From Beijerinckiaceae bacterium (GTDB taxonomy: Bacteria; Pseudomonadota; Alphaproteobacteria; Rhizobiales; Beijerinckiaceae): a stretch of 64,000 nucleotides of DNA. The first letter of the stretch is position 1; every line of letters begins with the position of its first letter. Shown piece after piece: positions 1-9,172 of this stretch. A program made the translations under genes and the position numbers. Under the pieces are notes generated by a model, which was not told where the DNA came from, did not search any database, and saw only the letters and a program-made list of their open reading frames with translations. The DNA lies in contig JBEKFQ010000001.1 in assembly GCA_050013235.1 (NCBI GenBank), forward strand, positions 163,712-227,711, written 5' to 3'.

Positions 1-325
1 CCTTGAAGCAGATCAGCGTGCTTTGCAGCCGCACGCCAAACTTTTGCATGAGGGCCTTGCCGGTATCGAAATCGATGACGAAAGTCTGGAGCTGCGAGAA
101 GCGCGGATCTTGGCGCAACTTGCTCAAAATGGGGGCCTGAGCCTTGCAGACGGGGCACCAAGGCGCCGTCACCTCGATCAAAACCGGCTTGCCCGCCTTT
201 TGCGCCGCCGCGAAAGCGGCCTCGTCGAAGGGCACGGGATCCGGCGCGCCCCCGGCAAAGGCCGGCCGATGAAAGGTAAGGATCGACATTACGGCAAGCA
301 GGACGGCGGCACGGCGGCTCAACAT
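1..325 (-). CDS. Thioredoxin-family protein with N-terminal export signal (3' end runs off the window)
   Basis: Manual translation from ATG at 325: MLSRRAAVLLAVMS...KPVLIEVTAPWCPVCKAQAPIL; WCPVC active site; absent from the ORF track because truncated. Confidence 0.85.
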   Translation of the reverse strand, partial: MLSRRAAVLLAVMSILTFHRPAFAGGAPDPVPFDEAAFAAAQKAGKPVLIEVTAPWCPVCKAQAPILSKLRQDPRFSQLQTFVIDFDTGKALMQKFGVRLQSTLICFK

Positions 326-465
326 GTCTCGATCCTCTACTGACGCGCCCGGCGCTAAACCGGGAATGACGCTGGTCATCAGCAAATTTATCAAATTAAA
401 ACATGAAGTAATTTATATATCTAATTGAATATAATTACATATTTAACTTTCGTTGACATATGGAC

Positions 466-1044
466 CTAGCGTTCGCCCCCGGCCGTCATGCTCGCGGCCC
501 ACTCGGAATCCGCCTTCACGATCACCGTGTCGTGCACGGACTGCCAGCCTTCCATTCCCTCGGGGTACCAATAGACCGCGCTATAGCCGAGACTGGCGAG
601 GCGCTTGGCGGCGTTCCAACTGCCCCAGCAATCCGGGTGGCAAAAGGCGACGATCGTCTTCGCCTTGTCGCCGCCGGTGAGGCCTGCGATCCGGCGCTCG
701 AAGGCTTCGGCAAAAGCCGGATCGCTCGTGCCGCTCCCCGCGCCGGGCAACCAAACGGAGCCCGGGATGGAACGATGAGCCGGTTTCCACAGCGCGGCTG
801 CGGGCATGTTTTCCGGTTTTTTATCGGCATCGGCGACGTCGATCACGACGGGCTTCTTGTCCGCCACGAGCTTTTCAAAAGCGGTTGTATCGACCACGAC
901 CGCGCCCGCGACCGTATTGGGCGTGTAACCGTGCAGCGCGCCCTGCCAGAGCCCGGCGGGCTCGGGCACATGGCCCGGCGAATCCGCGCGGACACTGCCC
1001 GCCGCCAGAAGCAGAAGAGCCAAGAACGGTGCAAGACGGGCCAT
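466..1044 (-). CDS. Rhodanese-like PQQ-dependent catabolism-associated CXXCW motif protein
   Basis: FCHPDCWGSWNAAKR motif, YWYPEGMEGW, signal peptide MARLAPFLALLLLAAGSVRA; start moved to ATG 1044. Confidence 0.85.
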   Translation of the reverse strand: MARLAPFLALLLLAAGSVRADSPGHVPEPAGLWQGALHGYTPNTVAGAVVVDTTAFEKLVADKKPVVIDVADADKKPENMPAAALWKPAHRSIPGSVWLPGAGSGTSDPAFAEAFERRIAGLTGGDKAKTIVAFCHPDCWGSWNAAKRLASLGYSAVYWYPEGMEGWQSVHDTVIVKADSEWAASMTAGGER

Positions 1045-1052
1045 CGAAGCGC

Positions 1053-1856
1053 TCAATTGCTCAAGGTGGGCACGGGAACCGTCTTTTCCCAATGGCCGTT
1101 TTCGCTATCGGTCACCTCGACCTTGAGCTGGCTCTTGTCCGTGGGGACGAAGGAGAAATTGATCACGGGGTTCGAGGCCAGCGAGATGCCGGTTTCGAGA
1201 TCGAACACCTTCCGCGGCCCGTCGCTGACCGCGATGGTCTGGATATAACGGGCCGGCGTATACATCCGGCTCACCTGGTTCATCTGCATGCCGTTGAAAT
1301 TGGGGTGGCGGACCATCAAAGTCGCATCGACAGGCTTGGCCGGCGTGGCGTCGCCCGCGAACTTAATGCGCATCTCGCCTATGCCCTTCATCGCCTCCTC
1401 GTCGCTCATGCCCATCGGGGCGGAACATCCGCCCGAGGCTTTCACGAATTTCGTGGTCTCGAGCAACGTGCCGTCCGCCAGCTCGGCGACAACATGGACG
1501 TTGGTATAGGTGTTGACCCGCACGCGCATCTTGATCTCGCGGGGATCGGCGGCGGGCCCAAAAGTGTAATGGGCCGCAACTGGCGCGGGATTGTCGTCGA
1601 TCACGAGATACAGGCTCTTGACCGGCTGCTTGGCCGACAAAGTGATCCCCATGGGAACCAACGAGGCATCGTCTGCCCGGACCGGCACGTCGAGCGCGAT
1701 CACGCCGTCGCCGTTTTGCACCGCGCGGGTTCCAAACAGCGAGGTCTCGAGATCCTTCCACCGCGCCTGGCGCTCGGATTGATCGTCGGCATGCAGCGGA
1801 CCGGACGACAACAGAATCCCAAGCGCGATAAAGCTAACCCTGCCCAAGCTCTTCAT
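1053..1856 (-). CDS. Quinoprotein dehydrogenase-associated SoxYZ-like fusion carrier
   Basis: SoxY-like half (RAEDA-like VPVRADDASLVP, RVRVNTYT, KASGGCSAP) fused to SoxZ-like half (HPNFNGMQMNQ, ISLASNP). Confidence 0.85.
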   Translation of the reverse strand: MKSLGRVSFIALGILLSSGPLHADDQSERQARWKDLETSLFGTRAVQNGDGVIALDVPVRADDASLVPMGITLSAKQPVKSLYLVIDDNPAPVAAHYTFGPAADPREIKMRVRVNTYTNVHVVAELADGTLLETTKFVKASGGCSAPMGMSDEEAMKGIGEMRIKFAGDATPAKPVDATLMVRHPNFNGMQMNQVSRMYTPARYIQTIAVSDGPRKVFDLETGISLASNPVINFSFVPTDKSQLKVEVTDSENGHWEKTVPVPTLSN

Positions 1857-1875
1857 CTCGATGTCCTCCCCGCGT

Positions 1876-2799
1876 TTATTCCCACTCGAGCTCTTTATAG
1901 GCTTGGGTGACGTTTCTTACGTTGTAATCGTCGAAAAGCAGCCAATTCGATCGTTCGCCCGCGGCAACCGTCTTGATGGCCTGCTGAATCGAGCCATCTT
2001 GCTTGATTTCCGCCCGGACGCCATCCCGCAATGTGGTGAGATAGCGCCTGAGATCGCTCGCCGCTTGCGAGAAATCGACGCAGACGGGGCCGTGACCTGG
2101 CACCGCCTTGGCCGCCCCCATGGCTTTGAGAGCTTCGAGCTCCGCGAGCCACCCCAAAAGACTCCCGTCGAGCGAGGGAATGCGGGAGACGAAGAGCAGA
2201 TCGGCGGGCAGCAGCAGGCCGCTCTGCCGGTCCAGCATCGAAAGGTCGCACGTGGTATGGGCTGGCCCATGCGCCTTGAAGCCGATGATCCGGCCGCCGA
2301 GATCGATCTCGCCGGCGTCCGTAATCTCGAGCGTGGGCCTGACCAGCGGCCCGATCTGATCGACACCCACGATTTCGCTCAATTTGCTGCGGTAAAACTC
2401 TCCGCGCATCTCCAGGGCCGCGCGCAATTTGGCATGGCCAATAAAGACGGGATCGTCCGGCACGAAGGCCGCCGCGCCAAAAATATGATCGGGATGGATA
2501 TGGCTCAAGACGACATATTTGACCGGCTTGCTGGTCGTGGCCTTGATCGTCTCGCGCAGCCAGAGGCCATCGCCCAGGCTGCCGCCGCTATCGGTGACCA
2601 AAACGCTGTCGCGGCCGACGATGAAGCCGATATTGGCGATGGCATCGCGGTTTTGCGGTGTCGCATCCTCATCCACGCCCCGGCGGATAAAGACGCCTGG
2701 CGCCACCTCCTCCACCTTGAACGCCGCCGCCCGGCCAAGCCGGGGAAGACAACAGAGGCAGAAGGAGCCTAGCAGCGCCTCGCGCCGATTGAATCGCAT
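1876..2799 (-). CDS. Quinoprotein relay system zinc metallohydrolase (SoxH-related MBL fold), Tat signal
   Basis: SHIHPDH metal motif, NIGFIVG, PGHGP, YKELEWE C-terminus, N-terminal NRREALLG twin-Arg. Confidence 0.85.
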   Translation of the reverse strand: MRFNRREALLGSFCLCCLPRLGRAAAFKVEEVAPGVFIRRGVDEDATPQNRDAIANIGFIVGRDSVLVTDSGGSLGDGLWLRETIKATTSKPVKYVVLSHIHPDHIFGAAAFVPDDPVFIGHAKLRAALEMRGEFYRSKLSEIVGVDQIGPLVRPTLEITDAGEIDLGGRIIGFKAHGPAHTTCDLSMLDRQSGLLLPADLLFVSRIPSLDGSLLGWLAELEALKAMGAAKAVPGHGPVCVDFSQAASDLRRYLTTLRDGVRAEIKQDGSIQQAIKTVAAGERSNWLLFDDYNVRNVTQAYKELEWE

Positions 2800-2899
2800 G
2801 GTTCGAACCTGTTTTTGAACGATTTGGGTAATCCATAGCCGAAAATCAAGGCGGCGAAGCGACGCGAATTACCTATTCGTGCCACTATCCCGCCGGCGG

Positions 2900-3607
2900 C
2901 TACATTCGTCCAGGAATATCGAGCTTGGCGATCTTTTCGATCGCCTCGCGGCGCTCGCTGTAACGGCTGGTCAGAAATTCCGAGACGCCGCGCGTCAACA
3001 GCGTGAACTTCACCAATTCTTCCATCACGTCGACGACGCGATCGTAATAGGAGGACGGTTTCATCCGCCCGGCCTCGTCGAATTGCTCGAACGCCTTGGC
3101 GACCGAGGATTGATTGGGAATGGTGATCATCCGCATCCACCGCCCGAGAATGCGCATCTGGTTGACGGCGTTGAAACTCTGCGATCCGCCGCTGACCTGC
3201 ATCAGCGCCAGCGTCTTGCCTTGGGTCGGGCGCACCGCGCCGATGTTCAGCGGAATCCAATCGATCTGCGCTTTCAGAATGGCGGCCATGGACCCATGCC
3301 GTTCGGGACTGCACCAGACCTGACCTTCCGACCAATTGGTGAGATCGCGCAGCTCCCGCACCTTGGGATGGTCCGCCGGCGCGCCATCCGGCAACGGCAG
3401 ACCGGCGGGATCGAAGACGCGGGTTTCGGCTCCGAATGCTTCCAGCAACCGTGCCGCTTCTTGGGTCAGAAAGCGGCTAAACGAGCGTTCGCGCAGCGAG
3501 CCATAGAGCAGCAGGATACGTGGCGGATGCGTGAGCGGCGGCCTGTGCAAGGCGGCAAGATCGATGCGCTCGAATGCGGCGAGGTCGAGGTTTGGCAGAT
3601 CGCTCAT
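2900..3607 (-). CDS. arsH: Arsenic resistance NADPH-dependent FMN reductase ArsH
   Basis: [49 protein letters not shown]. Confidence 0.96.
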   Translation of the reverse strand: MSDLPNLDLAAFERIDLAALHRPPLTHPPRILLLYGSLRERSFSRFLTQEAARLLEAFGAETRVFDPAGLPLPDGAPADHPKVRELRDLTNWSEGQVWCSPERHGSMAAILKAQIDWIPLNIGAVRPTQGKTLALMQVSGGSQSFNAVNQMRILGRWMRMITIPNQSSVAKAFEQFDEAGRMKPSSYYDRVVDVMEELVKFTLLTRGVSEFLTSRYSERREAIEKIAKLDIPGRM

Positions 3608-4308
3608 ACTAGGCTCGCTTCAGGGCTACGCCCGGCGCGGGCACCCGGACGGTGCCGAAAAAACCAGCCCATGAGTGCAAGGCCCGCGAGAGCCCCGGCC
3701 AGTTGCGCGACGATGAACATGGGAACATCCGCCGGCGCAATGCCCGAAAAGCTATTGGTCAGCGCGCGGGCAATGGTGACGGCGGGATTGGCGAAAGACG
3801 TGGAGGCCGTGAACCAATAAGCCGCCGTGATGTAGAGCCCGACCGCGACCGGAATTGCCTCGCTCTTGAAACGCGACACCGCGAGGATGGTGACGATCAG
3901 GCCGAAAGTGGCGACGAACTCCGCGAACCATTGCGCCGGACCGGTGCGCGCCTTGATCGCAAATTCGAGCAAGGGCAGTTCGAACATACCATGCGCGACC
4001 AGGGTTCCAATGCAGCCGCCGGCAATCTGCGCGGCGGCGTAAGGCAGGAATTCCCGCCACGGATGCTCTTTGCGCAAGCCCATCACCAGCGAAACCGCCG
4101 GGTTGAAATGCGCCCCGGAGATCGGACCAAGCGCGAGGATCAGCACCACCAGAATCGCGCCTGTCGGCAAGGTGTTGCCGAGCAGAGCGAGGGCGACGTT
4201 TCCGCCCGATAGCTTCTCGCCCATGATGCCAGAGCCAACCACCGTGGTGACGAGCAGCCCTGTTCCAAGGCATTCCGCCGCGAGGCGTTTGGCGAGCGGG
4301 AAGGTCAT
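3604..4308 (-). CDS. MIP/aquaporin-family channel in ars operon (AqpS-like)
   Basis: Two NPA motifs ([19 protein letters not shown]); 4-bp overlaps with arsC and arsH. Confidence 0.92.
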   Translation of the reverse strand: MTFPLAKRLAAECLGTGLLVTTVVGSGIMGEKLSGGNVALALLGNTLPTGAILVVLILALGPISGAHFNPAVSLVMGLRKEHPWREFLPYAAAQIAGGCIGTLVAHGMFELPLLEFAIKARTGPAQWFAEFVATFGLIVTILAVSRFKSEAIPVAVGLYITAAYWFTASTSFANPAVTIARALTNSFSGIAPADVPMFIVAQLAGALAGLALMGWFFRHRPGARAGRSPEASLV

Positions 4309-4730
4309 GCCGTCGCCACCCGGCGGCCCTGTTCGTCGATGACGCGCTCGCCATCTTCCTTGAAAAATTCCCCGCGTTGCGGCGGCAGCAGATCGATCAC
4401 GGCTTCGGACGGCCGGCAGAGCCGTACACCCTTGGGCGTGACGACAATCGGGCGGTTGATCAAGATCGGGTGCGCCACCATCGCGTCGATCAACGCCGCA
4501 TCGTCGAGCGCGGGATTATCAAGACCCAGCTCGTGAAACGGCGTGCCCTTTTCACGCAACAGCCCGCGCGGCGTGATCCCCATGCGCGCGATCAGCTGCT
4601 TCAGCAGCTCGCGCGACGGCGGGGTTTTCAAATACTCGATCACATGCGGCTCGACACCGGCATTACGGATCAAGGCGAGCGTGTTGCGCGAGGTGCCGCA
4701 ACCGGGGTTATGATAAATGATGACGTCCAT
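4305..4730 (-). CDS. arsC: Arsenate reductase, glutaredoxin-dependent
   Basis: MDVIIYHNPGCGTSRNTL, LINRPIV, RLCRP; ATG at 4730 overlaps upstream stop (TGATG). Confidence 0.95.
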   Translation of the reverse strand: MDVIIYHNPGCGTSRNTLALIRNAGVEPHVIEYLKTPPSRELLKQLIARMGITPRGLLREKGTPFHELGLDNPALDDAALIDAMVAHPILINRPIVVTPKGVRLCRPSEAVIDLLPPQRGEFFKEDGERVIDEQGRRVATA

Positions 4731-5257
4731 CAGGGAACCTCCGGGCGAATTTTCGACGCGCCTTCGAGCTGACCGATTTTGCGCAGCTCGTCTTTGAGGG
4801 ACATGGCGTCGAGGCTCGTGAGCGGCAGGCTCATGAAGCCGGAAACCCGCGTTTTCAGGTAACGGAACGCATTTCCGAAGGCGATCCCTTTTATGAAATC
4901 GTTTCCCACGACAGCCGCTGGATCGTCGATGCCCCAATGCGACGTGACCGGGCGCCCCGGCCAAACCGGACAAACTTCGCCACGGGCGCTGTCGCAGACC
5001 GTGAACACGAAATCGATTTTAGGCGCGCCAGAGCCTACGAATTCGTCCCAGCTTTTCGAGCGCAAGTTACCCGTTGGGTAATTCATGTTTTCGAGAACCG
5101 CGAGGGCCAGCGGGTTGACCGAGCCCTTCGGATGACTGCCCGCCGAAAAGGCGTCAAAGCGCCCGGCCCCATCTTTCCGCAAAATGGATTCGGCGATTAT
5201 GGAGCGGGCGCTGTTGCCCGTGCATAGGAACAGTACGTTGAAGACACGTTCAGCCAT
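4730..5257 (-). CDS. arsC: Arsenate reductase, LMW-PTP/thioredoxin type
   Basis: VLFLCTGNSARS P-loop, TVCD...CPVWPG, HWGIDDP. Confidence 0.92.
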   Translation of the reverse strand: MAERVFNVLFLCTGNSARSIIAESILRKDGAGRFDAFSAGSHPKGSVNPLALAVLENMNYPTGNLRSKSWDEFVGSGAPKIDFVFTVCDSARGEVCPVWPGRPVTSHWGIDDPAAVVGNDFIKGIAFGNAFRYLKTRVSGFMSLPLTSLDAMSLKDELRKIGQLEGASKIRPEVP

Positions 5258-5606
5258 GAGCGGCCTCCGCAGGCGGACAGCAAGGTGTCAAACCGGCGAT
5301 CAGTGGCGCGCACAGTTCAACCCGACCGCCGCAACAATCCCTCACGAGGAAAAGCGTCATCTCGTGAAGTCCGGCGAGGTTGGCGCGGTAGACGATCGAG
5401 CGGCCATGGCGCTCGGCCTCCACGAGGCCCGCGCGCATCAGCACGGCGAGGTGAGTGGACATGGTGTTGTGCGGTACGGCGAGCTGACGGGCGATTTCGC
5501 CCGCCGGCAGTCCGTCCGGTTCATGCTTGACGAGCAGCTTGAACGTGTCGAGGCGCGTGCCTTGCGCCAAGGCCGCTAGAGCGAGGATTGTGGTCTCTTT
5601 GTCCAT
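5250..5606 (-). CDS. arsR: ArsR/SmtB repressor with C-terminal Cys pairs
   Basis: LAALAQGTRLDTFKLLV, HTH, RDCCGGRVELC...PCCP; start set at ATG 5606. Confidence 0.92.
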   Translation of the reverse strand: MDKETTILALAALAQGTRLDTFKLLVKHEPDGLPAGEIARQLAVPHNTMSTHLAVLMRAGLVEAERHGRSIVYRANLAGLHEMTLFLVRDCCGGRVELCAPLIAGLTPCCPPAEAAHG

Positions 5607-5625
5607 AAGTCGAGACTTATAGACA
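5600..5625. promoter_or_regulatory. Inverted repeat overlapping arsR start codon, probable ArsR operator
   Basis: TGTCCATAAGT-CGAG-ACTTATAGACA, 11-4-11 with one mismatch. Confidence 0.7.
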
Positions 5626-5781
5626 TAATTCGCCGCGCGCAAGCACGGTCATCCGGATGGCCGGGTTGCCGAGGTCTCATCGCTCCCACATATTTGATAT
5701 ATCGCGACAAAGAGAAAAACGCAGGCGCTTCCACTTCTCGATTTGGTCTTGACCGCCGGTACCGGCAAGAAAGAGCGCAAA

Positions 5782-6105
5782 ATGACTTGGACCGTAGCGA
5801 ACTTGGTGATTCAGATCATCTTCGGCATTTTGGGTGGACATGCCGCCGCGGCGGCCACGAAGGAATTTAACTTCGGAGCGCTCGGCCATACGATCGCAGG
5901 CGCGATTGGAGGAGGCCTGAGCGGCTTTTTCTTACAAACAGTAGCTGGGAATTTGGTCACGGGCGGCGGCGACCTCACCGCGACAAATCCGGTGGAACAA
6001 GCCGTGACCCAAGGTCTGACCGGTGCCGTCGCCGGCGGGATCGCCGTTCTTGCCGTAGCGATGATCAAATTTGGGATCGACCAGCACCGGGCTTCGAACC
6101 TTTAG
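5782..6105 (+). CDS. Small Gly/Ala-rich membrane protein (GlsB/YeaQ-like appearance)
   Basis: MTWTVANLVIQIIFGILGGHAAA...GAIGGG...GAVAGGIAVLAV; three hydrophobic segments. Confidence 0.65.
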   Translation: MTWTVANLVIQIIFGILGGHAAAAATKEFNFGALGHTIAGAIGGGLSGFFLQTVAGNLVTGGGDLTATNPVEQAVTQGLTGAVAGGIAVLAVAMIKFGIDQHRASNL

Positions 6106-6176
6106 GCTTCTGGCCCGATGGCGGAGCTTTTCGATCGCCGGTTCCCTTCACCGGGCTGGACGTTGAAAGATTGTCG

Positions 6177-6578
6177 TCAGACCTGCTCCAACTCGATCAA
6201 CGTCCCGGAAAAGTCCTTGGGGTGGAGAAACAGCACGGGCTTGCCATGGGCGCCGAGGCGTGGCGTGCCATCGCCGAGCACGCGTGTCCCCTTCGCCAAT
6301 AACGCGTCGCGCGCGGCCAGGATATCGTCGACTTCGTAGCAGATGTGATGCATCCCCCCGCCGGTCTTGGCGAGAAAGGCAGCGATGGGCGAGGCCTCGC
6401 CGAGCGGCTCCAACAGCTCCACCTTGGTGTTGGGCAGCTCGACGAAGACCACCGTGACGCCATGCTCCGGCAAGGCTTGCGGCGCCGACACCTTGGCGCC
6501 GAGCACATCGCGGTAACGGGCCGCCTCACCCTCGAGATCGCGAACCGCGATGGCGATGTGATTGAGGCGGCCGATCAC
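6177..6578 (-). CDS. mce: Methylmalonyl-CoA epimerase
   Basis: LNHIAIAV, EHGVTVVF, ELLEP, GGMHHICYEV, GAHGKPVLFLHPKD, ELEQ. Confidence 0.95.
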   Translation of the reverse strand: MIGRLNHIAIAVRDLEGEAARYRDVLGAKVSAPQALPEHGVTVVFVELPNTKVELLEPLGEASPIAAFLAKTGGGMHHICYEVDDILAARDALLAKGTRVLGDGTPRLGAHGKPVLFLHPKDFSGTLIELEQV

Positions 6579-6581
6579 GTG

Positions 6582-8252
6582 TTACACCTCGATCACGAGC
6601 ACGTTCACGGCGGGCTTCTTCCCCCAGGCCTGATTGACGGCGCCGCGCACCGCTTTTTCGATGGCCGTCGAGACGAGATCGGCATCCCGCCGCTTTTGCT
6701 TCGGCAGGTTGTCGAAAGTCTGGAACAAAGCCGAATCGATCAAGGCATCCATGGCCGATCCGTCCTTGGTGCGGGTGGGCAAGCCATTGGTGACGACATC
6801 GGGCACGCCGGCCATGTCGCCCTTGGCCGTAATAGCCAGCGCGATGGTGACAATGCCCGCGAACGCGAGCGCTTGACGGTTGCGCATGGCTTCGTCGTCG
6901 AGCTTCACCAGCAAATTGCCGTCCTTGGCGAGCTTGCCATGGGCCGCTTGCCCGATCACACCGGGCTCGCCGGGCGCCAACAGCACGATATCGCCGTTTC
7001 GCACCTTGAGCACATGCGGCACCCCCCGCTCTTTCGCGAAGGCATGATGTTCGGCGAGATGGATTTCCTCGCCATGGGCGGGGATCGCGATATAGGGCCG
7101 CACCCAATCGTAGAATTGCGCGACCTCGCCGCGGCGGGGGTGGCCGGAGGCGTGAATCAAGGCCGTGCGGTCGGTCAAGACTTCGACGCCCTGCTTGATC
7201 AGATTGTTGATGATTTGACCAACCTCCCGCTCGTTGCCGGGAATGGTGCGCGAGGAAAAGATCACGAGATCGCCCGGCGCGAGGGTGATGGCGGGATGCT
7301 CGTCCTCGGAAATGCGGGCAATGGCCGCGCGCGGCTCGCCCTGGCTGCCGGTGGCGAGCACGACGACCTGATCGCGCGGCAGATGCGAAAAGGCATCGGC
7401 CGACAGGAACGGATGGACATGATCGAGAAAGCCGCATTCGCGCGCGACGCTCGACACCCGGTCCATCGCGCGCCCGACCAGCACGACCTTACGGCCCGCC
7501 GCCTGGGCCGCCAGAGCCACGGCCCGCATCCGCGCGACATTCGAGGCAAAGGTCGTAACGACGACGCGGCCCTTCGCTTGGCTGATGACCTCTTGCAGCG
7601 CCGAAGCCACCTCCGCCTCGGAGGGACTGACGCCATCGCGCAGAATATTGGTGGAATCGCAGATCAGCGCCAACACGCCTTCGTCGCCAATCGCGGCGAG
7701 GCGGGCCTTGTCGGTCGGCCGCCCCACGCCGGGCGAATCGTCGATCTTCCAATCGCCGGAATGAACGACGGTGCCGAGCGGCGTGCGGATCGCCAAGGCG
7801 CAGCTCTCGGGGATCGAATGCGCCACCGCCACGAATTCGACCGAGAACGGGCCGATGTCGGCGATCAGCCCCTGCCCCATGACGTGGATCGGGATTTGCG
7901 GCGAACCCGGCTCCGACAATTTCTTGATTTCAAGCAGGCCAGCGGCGAAGCGCGTGGCATAAATGGGCGCGCGCAAACGCGGCCACAGGTCGACCACCGC
8001 GCCGATATGATCCTCATGCGCATGAGTGATCACAATGCCCAAGAGATCCCCCTTCATCTTTTCGATGAAGCTGGTGTCGGGCACGATGATATCGATGCCG
8101 GGCTGTCCAGGGCCCGCGAAGGAAATCCCGCAATCGACCATCAGCCACTTTTTCTTGCGCGCGGAGCCAAAACCATAGAGCCCCATGTTCATGCCGATCT
8201 CGCCGAGTCCGCCGAGCGGCACGAATACGAGTTCGTCCGTCACTTCATTCAT
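6582..8252 (-). CDS. rnj: Ribonuclease J
   Basis: PLGGLGEIGMN, THAHEDHIGA, HSIPE, HSGDWK, TGSQGEP, HASGH. Confidence 0.96.
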   Translation of the reverse strand: MNEVTDELVFVPLGGLGEIGMNMGLYGFGSARKKKWLMVDCGISFAGPGQPGIDIIVPDTSFIEKMKGDLLGIVITHAHEDHIGAVVDLWPRLRAPIYATRFAAGLLEIKKLSEPGSPQIPIHVMGQGLIADIGPFSVEFVAVAHSIPESCALAIRTPLGTVVHSGDWKIDDSPGVGRPTDKARLAAIGDEGVLALICDSTNILRDGVSPSEAEVASALQEVISQAKGRVVVTTFASNVARMRAVALAAQAAGRKVVLVGRAMDRVSSVARECGFLDHVHPFLSADAFSHLPRDQVVVLATGSQGEPRAAIARISEDEHPAITLAPGDLVIFSSRTIPGNEREVGQIINNLIKQGVEVLTDRTALIHASGHPRRGEVAQFYDWVRPYIAIPAHGEEIHLAEHHAFAKERGVPHVLKVRNGDIVLLAPGEPGVIGQAAHGKLAKDGNLLVKLDDEAMRNRQALAFAGIVTIALAITAKGDMAGVPDVVTNGLPTRTKDGSAMDALIDSALFQTFDNLPKQKRRDADLVSTAIEKAVRGAVNQAWGKKPAVNVLVIEV

Positions 8253-8380
8253 TCCAGAAAAGCCTTTCAAGCCTCGATCGGAGCGGCCGAAACATTCCTC
8301 CCAGGACGGCGCCCTAGGTTAAAAACCGCTCTCTTTTCATTAAGTTAGAGTATTTTTGGAAAATCCTCTAAAGCACCCTT

Positions 8381-9145
8381 TTACGTCATCATGTCTCGTG
8401 TCGCGCCATGCAGAAAGACGTCGCCGGCGTCGATTATGACGCGGCCGCCTTCCGTTTCGACGAGCAAACGCCCTGTCTCATCCAGGCCGGTAAAGCGGCC
8501 CGTCACCACGCGTGAAAAACTTGTTACAGTGATTATGTCGTCGACCCCGGCCGCGATAGCAAGCCATGCTTGCCGAATTGTTGAAAAACCAACGCCGCGA
8601 TCCCAAAGGTCAAGCTGGGTTTGGAGGCTCGGACCAAGCGCCGCGAGCACGTCGCGAGGCTCGATGGGACGCCCCGCGGCCTGGGTCAAATGGCTCGTGG
8701 GATAGGCGAGTCCGTCCGGGCTCGACCCACAATTCACGCCAAAGCCGATGACGCAGGCGATCCGGCCGCCAGGCAAGGTCGTGCTTTCCAGCAAAAGTCC
8801 CGCAAGCTTGGCGCCATCGAACAGAATGTCGTTGGGCCATTTGAGACGCAGCCGCTCGTCGCCGCCCAAAAGCGCCCGCAAGGCCCGCGCCAAGGCAACA
8901 CCCGCGACAAAGCCAAGCTGCGGCAGAACCATGAGCGGCGCGGGGTCGCTGAGCAGGAAACTCGCGTAGAGATTGCCGGGCGGCGAGGACCAGACGCGGC
9001 CCTGCCGCCCGCGCCCGCCGGTCTGGCTTTTGGCCGTGATGAAAAGCGGTCCGCGTTCGCCCGATCGCGCCAGCGCCATGGCCTCGTCATTGGTCGAGCC
9101 CAAGCTGTCGTGAAAGACGGCCCGGTAAGGGCCGGCCTCAGTCAA
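8381..9145 (-). CDS. birA: Biotin--[acetyl-CoA carboxylase] ligase (no HTH)
   Basis: GSTN, QTGGRGRQGRVW, LKWPNDIL, KLAGLLLE. Confidence 0.95.
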   Translation of the reverse strand: MTEAGPYRAVFHDSLGSTNDEAMALARSGERGPLFITAKSQTGGRGRQGRVWSSPPGNLYASFLLSDPAPLMVLPQLGFVAGVALARALRALLGGDERLRLKWPNDILFDGAKLAGLLLESTTLPGGRIACVIGFGVNCGSSPDGLAYPTSHLTQAAGRPIEPRDVLAALGPSLQTQLDLWDRGVGFSTIRQAWLAIAAGVDDIITVTSFSRVVTGRFTGLDETGRLLVETEGGRVIIDAGDVFLHGATRDMMT

Positions 9146-9172
9146 GGTGCGGAGCCGGAGCGCGCATCACGG

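Noticed and set aside
370-455. AT-rich stretch with imperfect GTAATT/AATTAC inverted repeat as an OxyR/LysR site
   Set aside because: Does not fit the ATAG-N7-CTAT periodicity convincingly; treated as an ordinary promoter region
6345-8348. 667-aa plus-strand ORF, and similar long ORFs at 12297-14297, 30596-32521, 41228-43090, 47383-48870, 51072-52334, 54131-56059
   Set aside because: Antisense shadows of clear genes (rnj, nuoL, parC, maeB, dxs, ppdK, smc), expected from GC-rich codon bias; no recognisable motifs
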